Positions 28,517 through 37,029 are shown, numbered from the stretch's first letter. The stretch is 64,000 nucleotides of DNA from an uncultured Candidatus Saccharibacteria bacterium (GCA_964629815.1 CAZVTA010000001.1:118357-182356), one strand, 5' to 3'. Numbers and translations are program-made. Notes: generated by a model not told the origin, from the sequence alone.

Positions 28517-29011
28517 CTAACTAGTTAGGTAGCTTCCAAAAGGACGTACATAGTGACAGGTGTACCCGTCGGGGTTGTTTTGTAGGTAATCTTGATGGTA
28601 TGTTTCGGCTGGCCAAAATTTGGTAAATGGCTCTAGTGTGGTGGCCACAGGCTCTTTCCAATTACCAGAAGCGTTGACTAGGTCGATCATTTCTTTTGCA
28701 TCTGCTAGCTCTTCCGCGTTTTGGTAAAAAACGGCTGACCGATAGGCATCGCCAATATCATTTCCTTGGCGATTGAGGGTGGTAGGATCGTGAGACCTGA
28801 AAAAGAAATCGAGGATTTTTAAATATGACGTTTTAGTATCGTCATAGGTTATTTCAAGTCCTTCTGCATGCCCCGGATGATTTTCATAGGTTGGATTATT
28901 GTTTTTGCCACCTGTGTAACCAACTTCGGTATCAATAATGCCGGGTTGCTTTCGCACTAAATCTTCTAACCCCCAAAAACACCCGCCAGCCAGATAGGCT
29001 TTCTTAATCAT
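28517..29011 (-). CDS. msrA: peptide methionine sulfoxide reductase A
   Basis: The GCFWG active-site motif at the N-terminus. 164 aa. Confidence 0.9.
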   Translation of the reverse strand: MIKKAYLAGGCFWGLEDLVRKQPGIIDTEVGYTGGKNNNPTYENHPGHAEGLEITYDDTKTSYLKILDFFFRSHDPTTLNRQGNDIGDAYRSAVFYQNAEELADAKEMIDLVNASGNWKEPVATTLEPFTKFWPAETYHQDYLQNNPDGYTCHYVRPFGSYLTS

Positions 29012-29104
29012 ACGTGAGCACCCTGTCTCCTATTTAGTTCTAATGGTGGTTTGCTTTAACTAATCTCGAGCGCTATTGTAGCATATGCGCGTTGATAAGT
29101 CTGG

Positions 29105-30694
29105 CTATAGGCCTTCTTGGTGTCCGGGCATATTGATTTTGCCGCCCTCCATTCGGGAAATAAAAGCGACTATACCTGCAGTGCCCCAATGCCAAGATGG
29201 ATCTTTTGAGTAGTTTTGTTCGCCATCGTTGTCGTTCCAGAATATGACAGACCCATCCTTCCGTGCCATATTTTGAATCCATTGTAGTGCTTCTTTTGCA
29301 CCTACTTCATACCGTTTGTCGTTGGTCGTTTCTGCTAATTCTTTCAAGAACATGCCAACTCCGGCTGCGCCGTTATTTAGATTTGCATGTATGATTGGAT
29401 TTTGTGGAGCCTCGTCTTCGTGCCACGAATAGCCATTTTGGTCTTTTACTGCTACCGCGCCGAGCCAGTTTCCTGCACTGCGTGCAATGTCAAGATAATG
29501 TTGCTTGCCTGTAACTTTGTACGCCTGTAAGTATACCCAGCCAATTCCGGCGGCACCTTCTTCGAAACCGGTTGCAAGCTGTGAGTCGTCGCCACCTTGT
29601 GGGTCTAGGGTAAGTTTCCATGCCGTTTGATCGGCGTTCTTTACCATGGGGCCATTATCTTTATCTTCTAGCCAGCTAAACAATTCATCTGCTTTTTGTA
29701 AATATGTTTTATCACCGAATGTTTTGTAGAGCTTTAAGTACATAAAGGCTGCACCAGCTGCACCAGATAAATACCCTGAATTCATGGTCGTGTCACCGTC
29801 TTGTCCGATAACGCCAGTCTCTGGTATGGCTCGTGAATCACCATCATTGTTCCCAAGTTTAGCTCTCGTGATGTCTATATAGCGAAGTGTTCCATCGATA
29901 TGTTTTTTGCATAACTTTGCGAGCATTGGGTCGCTTGTTTGGAGTCTTTCGTAGAAAAGCGAGAATGTATGCACGAGACCCACCGCACCCATCCCCATAC
30001 CCATGTTCACGGGTGAATCTGGATCGTTTGCATCCCACTTCCAGCGATAGACTGGCGTGACGTCGTCTCCGACGTTTTTTGCTTGATCGAATGTCCATTG
30101 CAGCGAACCAATTGCCACTGCTTTGTACTGAGGGTCTTTTGTTTTTTCGTATAGGTTCCAGAAAAAATCGCCAATGCCAAGGGTGCCATCGTCAAACGAT
30201 GTATAGTATGATTCCGATACCTCGTTATCGTCTGCAAAATCAGGCCAGTACGGGTTGCCGTTTGCGTCTCGTTTTGCTACGGACGCAAGCCAGCTCGCTG
30301 TCGATTTCGCCGCAGACACCCACTTTTGATCTTGGGGAAACTGGTCAGCTAAAACCAAAAAACCCATACCAATGCCTGATGCGCCAACATCTCGATCGGT
30401 CTGGAAATGAGGCGACTGGATAGAACTTTGATACCTCCATCCATCTTTTGTCTCGTCGCGCATGTCGATGAGTGATTGACCAGTAAGGGTAAGTAGTTCT
30501 GTAGGCGACGCAATTTCGGCAGCTCGGCCAATGGTTGAATGTTCGTTATCTGTCAATTGGGGGTTGCTGTCTGGTTTGAGCGAGCAACCAACAAGACCTG
30601 TCGTAAGCAGAGCGCCCACGCCAATGGCGGTCAATAACTGCCTGCGTGAGGGATGAAAATTGTGTGTGGGTGGGGGTGTCTCGGGACCAGACAT
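29105..30694 (-). CDS. (alpha/alpha)6-toroid LanC-like / glycoside-hydrolase-like lipoprotein
   Basis: Lipobox LVGCS. Seven repeated G-[AS]-[AS]-G-x-G motifs (GASGIGMGF, GAAGAAFMY, GAAGIGWVY, GAAGVGMF) as in LanC-like / AGE-superfamily toroids. No Cys/His zinc ligands. Confidence 0.45.
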   Translation of the reverse strand: MSGPETPPPTHNFHPSRRQLLTAIGVGALLTTGLVGCSLKPDSNPQLTDNEHSTIGRAAEIASPTELLTLTGQSLIDMRDETKDGWRYQSSIQSPHFQTDRDVGASGIGMGFLVLADQFPQDQKWVSAAKSTASWLASVAKRDANGNPYWPDFADDNEVSESYYTSFDDGTLGIGDFFWNLYEKTKDPQYKAVAIGSLQWTFDQAKNVGDDVTPVYRWKWDANDPDSPVNMGMGMGAVGLVHTFSLFYERLQTSDPMLAKLCKKHIDGTLRYIDITRAKLGNNDGDSRAIPETGVIGQDGDTTMNSGYLSGAAGAAFMYLKLYKTFGDKTYLQKADELFSWLEDKDNGPMVKNADQTAWKLTLDPQGGDDSQLATGFEEGAAGIGWVYLQAYKVTGKQHYLDIARSAGNWLGAVAVKDQNGYSWHEDEAPQNPIIHANLNNGAAGVGMFLKELAETTNDKRYEVGAKEALQWIQNMARKDGSVIFWNDNDGEQNYSKDPSWHWGTAGIVAFISRMEGGKINMPGHQEGL

Positions 30695-30850
30695 AGATGA
30701 AGATTACAATAACATATTGTCTTAAAAAATTCAATAATAAGTCAGAACTTTTTTACAGTTCTGACTTCGTCTATTCCGGCTTGGCTCAGCATACAGGTCA
30801 CAGACTAGAACAGAGCAGCTGAGCCGCTCTGTAAGTAGTTGGTTATTGCT

Positions 30851-31009
30851 CTAGATTTGAGATAAAATCCAGACGCAACCTGCTAGTGAAAGCAGAAAGA
30901 TACTCAATCCAATTGGAGAGCCCCAGCTAAACCACGAACCCCACGCACGCCAATGTTTGTGCGTTCGTTCGTACCAGTCCATCTGCTCTTCTTTTGGTAT
31001 TTTTGACAT
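30851..31009 (-). CDS. small membrane protein (52 aa), not in the ORF track
   Basis: Hand translation: MSKIPKEEQMDWYERTHKHWRAWGSWFSWGSPIGLSIFLLSLAGCVWILSQI. AGGAGT lies 8 nt upstream of the ATG. Confidence 0.4.
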   Translation of the reverse strand: MSKIPKEEQMDWYERTHKHWRAWGSWFSWGSPIGLSIFLLSLAGCVWILSQI

Positions 31010-31146
31010 AGTTTCGACTCCTTATTTATTAATAGTGAGCCTCTTTAGATGCGTGTACCAGTAAAATATGTATTCCTAGAGACGAGGATATTTCTTTGTC
31101 TGGATTTACCAACATTCAGATTATAGCAAAGAGTTAATATATTCAG

Positions 31147-31545
31147 CTAGACGTGTAGTTCAGGAATGACCCATTCTTTGTTTTTAGGGTGTGTAAGAAG
31201 GTCTGGGTAGTATATGGTCAATTCTTCGCCTGGCTTTATGTTACGGGCTGCAAACAACTGCCATTTATGAGTTGCGATGTTTGGATCTCGATCGTGATTG
31301 ATATACCAAAAGACCGACATGAGTGCAAAATTTGCAGGAGCCAAAAACTCGCCAGTCTCGAGCAGCGGACAATATTTTAAGTGTGAGTCAGGTATCTCTT
31401 CTAATGCTAATCGGCGGTTAGTGTTTTCGTGTTCGGGTATGTATAAACGCGTGCCTTGTTGTATTGTGTCTACGGCAAAACAGCCTACGCCAGTGGTGTC
31501 TCTTAGCGACGGGCGTAGCATAAATGCATTTTGTACTGATTCCAT
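31147..31545 (-). CDS. SET-domain protein (putative lysine methyltransferase)
   Basis: GVGCFA (GxG) near the N-terminus, YINHDRDPN (NHSCxPN-like) and ELTIYY (ELTxDY-like). Confidence 0.65.
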   Translation of the reverse strand: MESVQNAFMLRPSLRDTTGVGCFAVDTIQQGTRLYIPEHENTNRRLALEEIPDSHLKYCPLLETGEFLAPANFALMSVFWYINHDRDPNIATHKWQLFAARNIKPGEELTIYYPDLLTHPKNKEWVIPELHV

Positions 31546-31641
31546 TTCAATATTTCATCTCAGCGTCAGTACTTTTGCAAGCTTAAACAAAACAAATCAG
31601 TAGCTTTCGCTAATCTATGCACTGCTATTCGCATAGTCTTT

Positions 31642-31665
31642 GCTTCGGGGAAAGGATGCGCTACG
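31642..31665 (-). repeat. partial duplicate of the tRNA-Asn 3' end (repeat A)
   Basis: The minus strand reads GCGCATCCTTTCCCCGAAGC, matching T-stem 3' + acceptor 3' of the tRNA at 32342-32382 with one mismatch. It shares a further 9 nt with repeat B. Confidence 0.6.
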
Positions 31666-31750
31666 CTAATGCATCATTAGGCAGGTCTACTTTAGTATTG
31701 AGTATTATTTCTAATGTGAGTCAGTATTTTCCTGTTAGCGTTTACTGTAG

Positions 31751-32116
31751 TTATAAGTCTGCTGCGCCAGGAAATTGTTGTTCTATTGCGACATTATAAG
31801 CCATAATGACTTCCCAAAGTGGGCTAGATGTCAACGCATAGGTTTTTTCATCATAGCTTCTAGCATCACGAACAAGGCTTACCATTCCAAGGGGTGAACC
31901 ATTCATTCTGTCTATGGATTCTTTAACTTGGCCGCCGGTCATAATGCTTCGTGGTCTTAATTCTTTGTAACGACCTATAGCTTCACTCACAGTAAACTGG
32001 TGAGGCAGCCGAGGAGCAAATCCCTCTCCGTCAAGAGTTATGATTGCGCATGCAACGTCTATGGTTCTTGGACCGCCGAATAATGCTTCGTTGATCTTTT
32101 CCCGATTTGTAGTCAT
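31751..32116 (-). CDS. hypothetical protein flanked by tRNA-3'-end repeats
   Basis: Start chosen at MTTNREKIN, immediately after a hairpin + T-run. The longer track ORF would run through the terminator and repeat B. No recognised domain. Confidence 0.35.
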   Translation of the reverse strand: MTTNREKINEALFGGPRTIDVACAIITLDGEGFAPRLPHQFTVSEAIGRYKELRPRSIMTGGQVKESIDRMNGSPLGMVSLVRDARSYDEKTYALTSSPLWEVIMAYNVAIEQQFPGAADL

Positions 32117-32118
32117 AA

Positions 32119-32146
32119 AACTAAAAATACCACAAAATGTGGTATT
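32119..32146 (-). terminator. rho-independent terminator
   Basis: The minus strand reads AUACCACAUUUUGUGGUAU followed by UUUUUAGUUUU. Confidence 0.55.
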
Positions 32147-32158
32147 TGTAAATGTCTT

Positions 32159-32247
32159 GGCTCCGAGGAAAGGATGCGCTACGTTTGCACGGACTACGCT
32201 TTTCGATGTAAGCATCTGCACGCTTCGTCCTGTACGAACCTTCGACC
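32159..32247 (-). repeat. partial duplicate of the tRNA-Asn 3' end with a ~60-nt insertion in the T-loop position (repeat B)
   Basis: The minus strand reads GAAGGTCGAAGGTTCG-[60 nt]-GCGCATCCTTTCCTCGGAGCCA, versus the tRNA sequence GGTCGAAGGTTCGAATCCTTTCCCCGGAGCCA. Confidence 0.6.
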
Positions 32248-32382
32248 TTCAAAGTTGATGCTGGCACAAATTTAAGTCGAAGAGCCGTACCCTTCCCAGA
32301 AAAATACAAAAACAGCCCACAAAACGTGAACTGCTTTTGTATGGCTCCGGGGAAAGGATTCGAACCTTCGACCTAGTGGTTA

Positions 32383-32922
32383 CACTTGTTCGTTATTTTC
32401 ATAACGTGTGGACTATATCATCATCCATAAACGGATGTTGGGCGCTGATGAACGATTATTGTTAGGCTCACGTTCTAGTCTCTGAACCTTCCAAACTCCT
32501 TTATCCTAAGCTTGGCTTGGCTGCGGATTACCTTATCTTTCGACGTAGGCTTCCCGACAATTCACCCAATTTTCACTACTTAGTTTCCCAAGTAGGCTGC
32601 TTATAGCCTGCGTGAATTTCCCGATGACAGTTTGCACACAGAAGCACACATTTGTCTGCCTCTGCTTTATTCTTTTCCCAAGATCTTGTAAGTCCACTAG
32701 AGGATATACCAAAATCTTTTTGAGATGCATCTTTGTGGTGAAGATCGAGTGCATTAATACACTCATCGTAACCGCAGATGATGCATGCACCGCCTTTGTA
32801 GTCAACAAGCATTTGTCGGACTTTTTGGCGACGCTTAGCCACTGCCTTCTTGAGATATTCAGCGCGATCGGCATAACTTCGTCTATCTGGCATACACATA
32901 ATTGTATGCCAAAGTGTCGACT
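32383..32922 (-). mobile_element. group I intron (about 540 nt) in a tRNA anticodon loop, carrying an HNH ORF
   Basis: Contains the conserved group I core elements P (AUUGUCGGGAAGCC), Q (UAAUCCGCAGCCAAGCC), R (GGUUCAGAGACUAGAACG) and S (GAUAUAGUCCACACG). The 5' exon ends in U and the intron ends in G. Confidence 0.8.
32576..32899 (-). CDS. HNH homing endonuclease encoded in the intron
   Basis: CIICGYDEC...LDLHHKD...CVLLCANCHREIHAG is an HNH motif with two CxxC pairs. Its start codon lies in the loop of a 9-bp hairpin (UGGCAUACA/UGUAUGCCA). Confidence 0.8.
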   Translation of the reverse strand: MCMPDRRSYADRAEYLKKAVAKRRQKVRQMLVDYKGGACIICGYDECINALDLHHKDASQKDFGISSSGLTRSWEKNKAEADKCVLLCANCHREIHAGYKQPTWETK

Positions 32923-33035
32923 ACAGCCACCCGCTCTACCGCTGAGCTACCCCGGAATATGCAAATAAGGTTCTTTGCGAAATACGCAACCGCCAAATTA
33001 TATCTAAAATAACCCCTTATGGCAAGCGGTGCGAT

Positions 33036-33548
33036 TTATGGAAACAGAATAGGCCAATGCATCTGAACACTTGGCGTATACGTATCGGGATTTTTGGCGA
33101 TATCGGCCGATAGCCATGTCTTGTCGACCCATTTTGTTGCGGCTACGGCATCTTCGAGAACTAGCCTTGGAGAAGGTTCGTTAACATCGCCTGCAAACCA
33201 TGCAATAAAGCGTTGTTCGCCCTCTTGCCGGGTAATGGGTAGTTTCTTGATAAAGCGAAGACGGATGTTCGTTAAGCCGAGTTCTTCTGCGAGTTCTTTG
33301 TAGGCGTTGTCTTCGTATGACTCGCCTTTTGCGACCGTACCTGCAGCAGACGGGCCCCATTTGCCCGGATCTACCGATTTATGAAAAGCGCGCTGAGCAA
33401 TAAGTACCTTGCCTTCTGGATTTGTTAGCCAAATTGCGCTAACCCGAATACGGTCGGTAGTGGCGAGCGAAGATCGCAGTTTGTATTGAATAATGTTGTC
33501 GTGTTCATCTACAACAATTGCTTCTTCGCCTATTTCTTGTGATTGCAT
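33036..33548 (-). CDS. NUDIX hydrolase
   Basis: Nudix box GTVAKGESYEDNAYKELAEELGL. Confidence 0.8.
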   Translation of the reverse strand: MQSQEIGEEAIVVDEHDNIIQYKLRSSLATTDRIRVSAIWLTNPEGKVLIAQRAFHKSVDPGKWGPSAAGTVAKGESYEDNAYKELAEELGLTNIRLRFIKKLPITRQEGEQRFIAWFAGDVNEPSPRLVLEDAVAATKWVDKTWLSADIAKNPDTYTPSVQMHWPILFP

Positions 33549-33574
33549 ACGTTGCAGAGTATAGCGTGGTTACG

Positions 33575-33850
33575 CTACATTACAAACAAGTAAAGTAGAA
33601 CTACAACCGCAAGACCAACGGCAGCAGCAATAATAATGGGCTTTTTGCTGTCTTTATTGGCGGATGTGGGTGCTTGTGAAGGCATAGTGCTTGCTTGAGG
33701 TGCTTCAGGCGTTGCAGGAGCCGCAGCCATATCTGGCGTTGGTGTATCGGCGGCCGCAGGAGTTGGGGCTTCTACCGGCGCTGGTGCAGCGGTAGGTATT
33801 GGGTCTGGATTGGCTGCCGGTGGTGTTACTGGTTGTTCGTTTGGTTGCAT
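33575..33850 (-). CDS. Pro/Ala-rich tail-anchored small membrane protein
   Basis: 91 aa, a PA-rich N-terminal region and a C-terminal TM helix. Confidence 0.4.
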   Translation of the reverse strand: MQPNEQPVTPPAANPDPIPTAAPAPVEAPTPAAADTPTPDMAAAPATPEAPQASTMPSQAPTSANKDSKKPIIIAAAVGLAVVVLLYLFVM

Positions 33851-33913
33851 ATAAGCTCCTTACATAAATATGGTTATGGTTTAATTGTACAACCTTTGTG
33901 TGGTTTGGCAAAC

Positions 33914-34381
33914 TTAGCGACTATGGTGTTTTATGGCAGCGTGAATGGCGCGGGTTTCGTCGCGTTTTTTGAGTGATTGGCGTTTGTCATATTGTTTTTT
34001 GCCACGGCCGACTGCAATTCGTACTTTTATATAACGACCAGCAGTCAGGATTTGTAACGGGACGATAGATTTTCCTTGTTGCTTAGCTTCGATGAGCTTA
34101 TCGATTTCGCGTTGCTTGGCGAGCAACTTACGTGTTTGCGTAGATTCACTTTCGCTAATAGGAACACCAGGCATACCGGCAATGGTCGCATTGAATAGCC
34201 ATAGCGAGCCGTCTTTAATGGTTACATATGCGCCACGAAGATGGCCATGTCCATGGCGCAGTGCCTTGGTTTCTCGGCCATTGAGTACAATGCCAACGAC
34301 AAGATCGTCCCCGAGCTCGTAATCGTGCCGGGCACGACGGTTGGCGATTGCTTTTGGTGTGGCTGACTTATGTTTTGTCAT
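33914..34381 (-). CDS. smpB: SsrA-binding protein
   Basis: NRRARHDYELGDDLVVGIVLNGRETKALR matches the SmpB N-terminal signature. Confidence 0.9.
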   Translation of the reverse strand: MTKHKSATPKAIANRRARHDYELGDDLVVGIVLNGRETKALRHGHGHLRGAYVTIKDGSLWLFNATIAGMPGVPISESESTQTRKLLAKQREIDKLIEAKQQGKSIVPLQILTAGRYIKVRIAVGRGKKQYDKRQSLKKRDETRAIHAAIKHHSR

Positions 34382-34409
34382 AAGATATATTGTACGTCAA
34401 AAAACGGGA

Positions 34410-35588
34410 TTAGTAACATACCGAGCACTGATTTTCTTTAATGCCTCGTTTCGCTGCGTCCCATAGGCTCGAGTCGCCTAACGCCACTTTACGCCAATAC
34501 CACATCTCGGCACCCCATAGGTCGATAGTTCGCATACCAGTGGCCTTTCCGTAGCGGAAGCGTTCCTCAAGACGATCGGCGTTGAGCGATTTATTCTGCT
34601 CGGCAATAGTGTTATCTTTTATGCCGCCACTTGGCGTCCATGGTTCAGCCTGTAGCTCGTGAATTACTAAATCTCGGCCAGTAAAAATTTTGCCCCACCC
34701 TGCCAACGATGCATAGAACCATGCGGGAAACGGATATTCGAAATAGCGTTTAGTGATAGTTTTATCCCATACACGTTTGTAGATAGAGATCGCAAACACA
34801 TCGGCGCGCGGTGCATATAGTGGAATCCCCCAGGCGTTGTTGCTGCGGCTTATGACAACGGGGTGATGGGGATCTTGTTGTTTTACAAAATTAAACTCAT
34901 CGACGAGACGCTCGCGCTCGAAGTCTTTACACTCGCCAAACACCTTTAGAAAATATTCGTTCTCGAGCTGATAACTTTCGAGTGCTGGGCTGTTTTTGTA
35001 TCGTTCTATAACCTTGCCCATAAACTCTTTTAGTTCTGGGTACCACTCTGATTTTGGAATATTTTCTGCCCACGTAGGTGGGTGGCATTCGGGCCAGCGT
35101 GGTTGCCGTAGGCCAATAGCAAGGCTGACTTTTGCGTTCGCATCTTCTGCTTTTTTAAACTGCCAATCTAATTCGTTAAAGTTGTATTGATCTTTAGTTT
35201 TTTCGATGTCTTTCCAGTAGCTTACGAGCCGAAACCTGCGGATACTCAGGTCATTGATGAGTGCATCCATAGTTTCTTCGGGGTCAATGCCATAGTAGCG
35301 AGCATAGTTTGGTATAAATGTAACCCCATAGGTTAGGGGTTTGTGGCGATGTGTAAAAATATACCACTGCCCCACCCCATACGACGCAGCCGTGAAAAGT
35401 ACCAAAAGTGCAGCCAAAATGAGTGATATTTTTTGCCATATTTTGCGCTCTTTCCACCAGAATGACGGTTTTTCTATGCGGAATTTGCTGAGGAGTCTAT
35501 GGCGTAGCCGAGCTTCTTTCTGTCCGTAATGTTTAGAAAGAAGTTTTCGCTCTTCGATAAGATCGTTATTTTTATCTCGTTCTTGCAT
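34410..35588 (-). CDS. membrane-anchored glycoside hydrolase (clan GH-A-like, LENEY catalytic-acid motif)
   Basis: An N-terminal TM helix, then QLENEYF (NEP-type acid/base motif) and aromatic-rich TIM-barrel-like segments. Confidence 0.5.
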   Translation of the reverse strand: MQERDKNNDLIEERKLLSKHYGQKEARLRHRLLSKFRIEKPSFWWKERKIWQKISLILAALLVLFTAASYGVGQWYIFTHRHKPLTYGVTFIPNYARYYGIDPEETMDALINDLSIRRFRLVSYWKDIEKTKDQYNFNELDWQFKKAEDANAKVSLAIGLRQPRWPECHPPTWAENIPKSEWYPELKEFMGKVIERYKNSPALESYQLENEYFLKVFGECKDFERERLVDEFNFVKQQDPHHPVVISRSNNAWGIPLYAPRADVFAISIYKRVWDKTITKRYFEYPFPAWFYASLAGWGKIFTGRDLVIHELQAEPWTPSGGIKDNTIAEQNKSLNADRLEERFRYGKATGMRTIDLWGAEMWYWRKVALGDSSLWDAAKRGIKENQCSVCY

Positions 35589-35611
35589 CTGCTAGTATCA
35601 ATATTACGTAC

Positions 35612-36454
35612 ATGAAAAAACCATTAACAGTTTCAATCATTATACCTGTTTATAACGAACAGGACTACCTTGTTCATTGTCTTGACTCTATAGCAGCACA
35701 AACCGTGCGTCCTAACGAAGTGCTGATTGTCGATAATAACTCAACTGACGACACTGTTGCTATTGCTCGTACGTACCCATTTGTGCGCGTGCTTTCAGAA
35801 AAAAAACAAGGCGTTGTCTTTGCTCGCAATAGAGGCTTTAATGCTGCAAAAAGCGAACTCCTTGCCCGCATAGACGCCGATACTCAGCTGCCAAAAGATT
35901 GGGTCAAACAAGTGCGCGCAGTAATGCGCCCTACCAAGATCGCAGCTGCGACAGGCCCTGTTTCGTATTTTGACCAACTTGCGCCTGCCCGTAACTACGC
36001 GTTAGATCACTTTATTCGTAAAACGCTTTATGTTCGCGCGCCAACTGCCCCATTTTTATTTGGTACGAATATGGTTATTCGAAAATCGGCGTGGGATTCA
36101 GTGAAAAAGCTGGTGTGCCATACGCCCGATGTGCATGAAGATATTGACCTAGCAGTTCACCTATATACACAGGGACTACAAATTGCCTACGACAAGCGCA
36201 TGCTAGCTGCTACCTCGTCTCGTCGCTGGGACGATTCGCCACGCCAATTTGCGTACTATATGAAAGTTTTTCGGGACAGCTGGCGGGTACATGGTATTAC
36301 CAGCAAGGCACCAGTGTTTGCATCGGGCGTGTATCTTTTGGGCTATGTTCTCTTTCGTCCTGCGCGACTTTCCTATGATGTGAATACAAACACTAAGTCC
36401 TTTTCCGTGCGGTTTCGCAATCGTTTTAAACCGCGTAAACACCCAATGGACTAA
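35612..36454 (+). CDS. family 2 glycosyltransferase
   Basis: VSIIIPVYNEQDYL...VLIVDNNSTDDT...RIDADTQL match the GT2 DxD pattern. Confidence 0.8.
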   Translation: MKKPLTVSIIIPVYNEQDYLVHCLDSIAAQTVRPNEVLIVDNNSTDDTVAIARTYPFVRVLSEKKQGVVFARNRGFNAAKSELLARIDADTQLPKDWVKQVRAVMRPTKIAAATGPVSYFDQLAPARNYALDHFIRKTLYVRAPTAPFLFGTNMVIRKSAWDSVKKLVCHTPDVHEDIDLAVHLYTQGLQIAYDKRMLAATSSRRWDDSPRQFAYYMKVFRDSWRVHGITSKAPVFASGVYLLGYVLFRPARLSYDVNTNTKSFSVRFRNRFKPRKHPMD

Positions 36455-37029
36455 AGATTGTTTGTTTGCTTTTGGCCACTTTTCGTGTTTTGCAGCGAAC
36501 AGCTTGCCCATAGACCGCGATTACTCGCTTTTGCCTCTGCTTCGGTGGCTTCAAATTCGTCTATTTTTGTGAACGGAAAGTACGTGTACGCAAAACCATA
36601 GCCTTGCTTGATAATCTCGGCATTGACGAGGGTTTGATCGGGCAAATACACATAGCGTAACAAGCGATTGTAGCGGTCGCGGTTTGTATTGGTTGGGTCA
36701 GCTTCGAGGCGTACACGGTTACCACCAATGAGTTGTTTCGTGAAGTTTGCGGCGGCTTCACCATAGCATTGGATGCTTTTGCGTGGGTCGTGTGTTTCTG
36801 GCGTATCTACACCAATCATACGTATCTTTTCGACAGTACCATCCATATTTACTGCAATTGTATCTCCGTCTATAAATTCGGTTACTTGGTAGGTCCCTGG
36901 CTGATTATCGAGTACTATCTGGCGTGGTTTTTCCGCAAAAGGCTGTTGGCTTGTCCAGGCTACGCCAAAACTCAGCAGCGCGATAATGAGTGTGACGAGC
37001 TTTTTAGTTTTTCTCTTGCCGAGTGCCAT
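36451..37029 (-). CDS. thermonuclease (SNase-like) with an N-terminal TM anchor
   Basis: MIGVDTPETHDPRKS...YGEAA...RLEADPTNTNRDRYNRLLRYVY is the micrococcal nuclease fold signature. The start is set at the internal Met (MALGKRK) to reduce overlap. Confidence 0.7.
   Translation of the reverse strand: MALGKRKTKKLVTLIIALLSFGVAWTSQQPFAEKPRQIVLDNQPGTYQVTEFIDGDTIAVNMDGTVEKIRMIGVDTPETHDPRKSIQCYGEAAANFTKQLIGGNRVRLEADPTNTNRDRYNRLLRYVYLPDQTLVNAEIIKQGYGFAYTYFPFTKIDEFEATEAEAKASNRGLWASCSLQNTKSGQKQTNNL

Larger units (their letters stand above)
32342..32956 (-). tRNA. tRNA-Asn(GUU)-like gene interrupted by a group I intron (exon 1 32923-32956, exon 2 32342-32382)
   Basis: Exon 1 is TCCGGGG-TA-GCTC-AGCGGTA-GAGC-G-GGTGG-CTGT. 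Exon 2 is TAA-CCACT-AGGTC-GAAGG-TTCGAAT-CCTTT-CCCCGGA-G-CCA. The spliced anticodon loop is CUGUUAA. U1-A72 and G73 match bacterial tRNA-Asn. The alternative junction 33/34 would give Thr(UGU). Confidence 0.7.

Noticed and set aside
32159-32247. Possibility that repeat B is an intact second tRNA
   Set aside because: It has only the T-arm/acceptor 3' half, with a 60-nt insertion in the T-loop. No matching 5' acceptor strand, D-arm or anticodon arm is found upstream.
31560-32960. tmRNA (ssrA) near smpB
   Set aside because: The tRNA-like 3' ends here belong to a tRNA with D and anticodon arms. No tag-peptide reading frame or tmRNA 5' end (GGGG..) was found, and no TCCACCA-type tmRNA terminus occurs elsewhere in the window.
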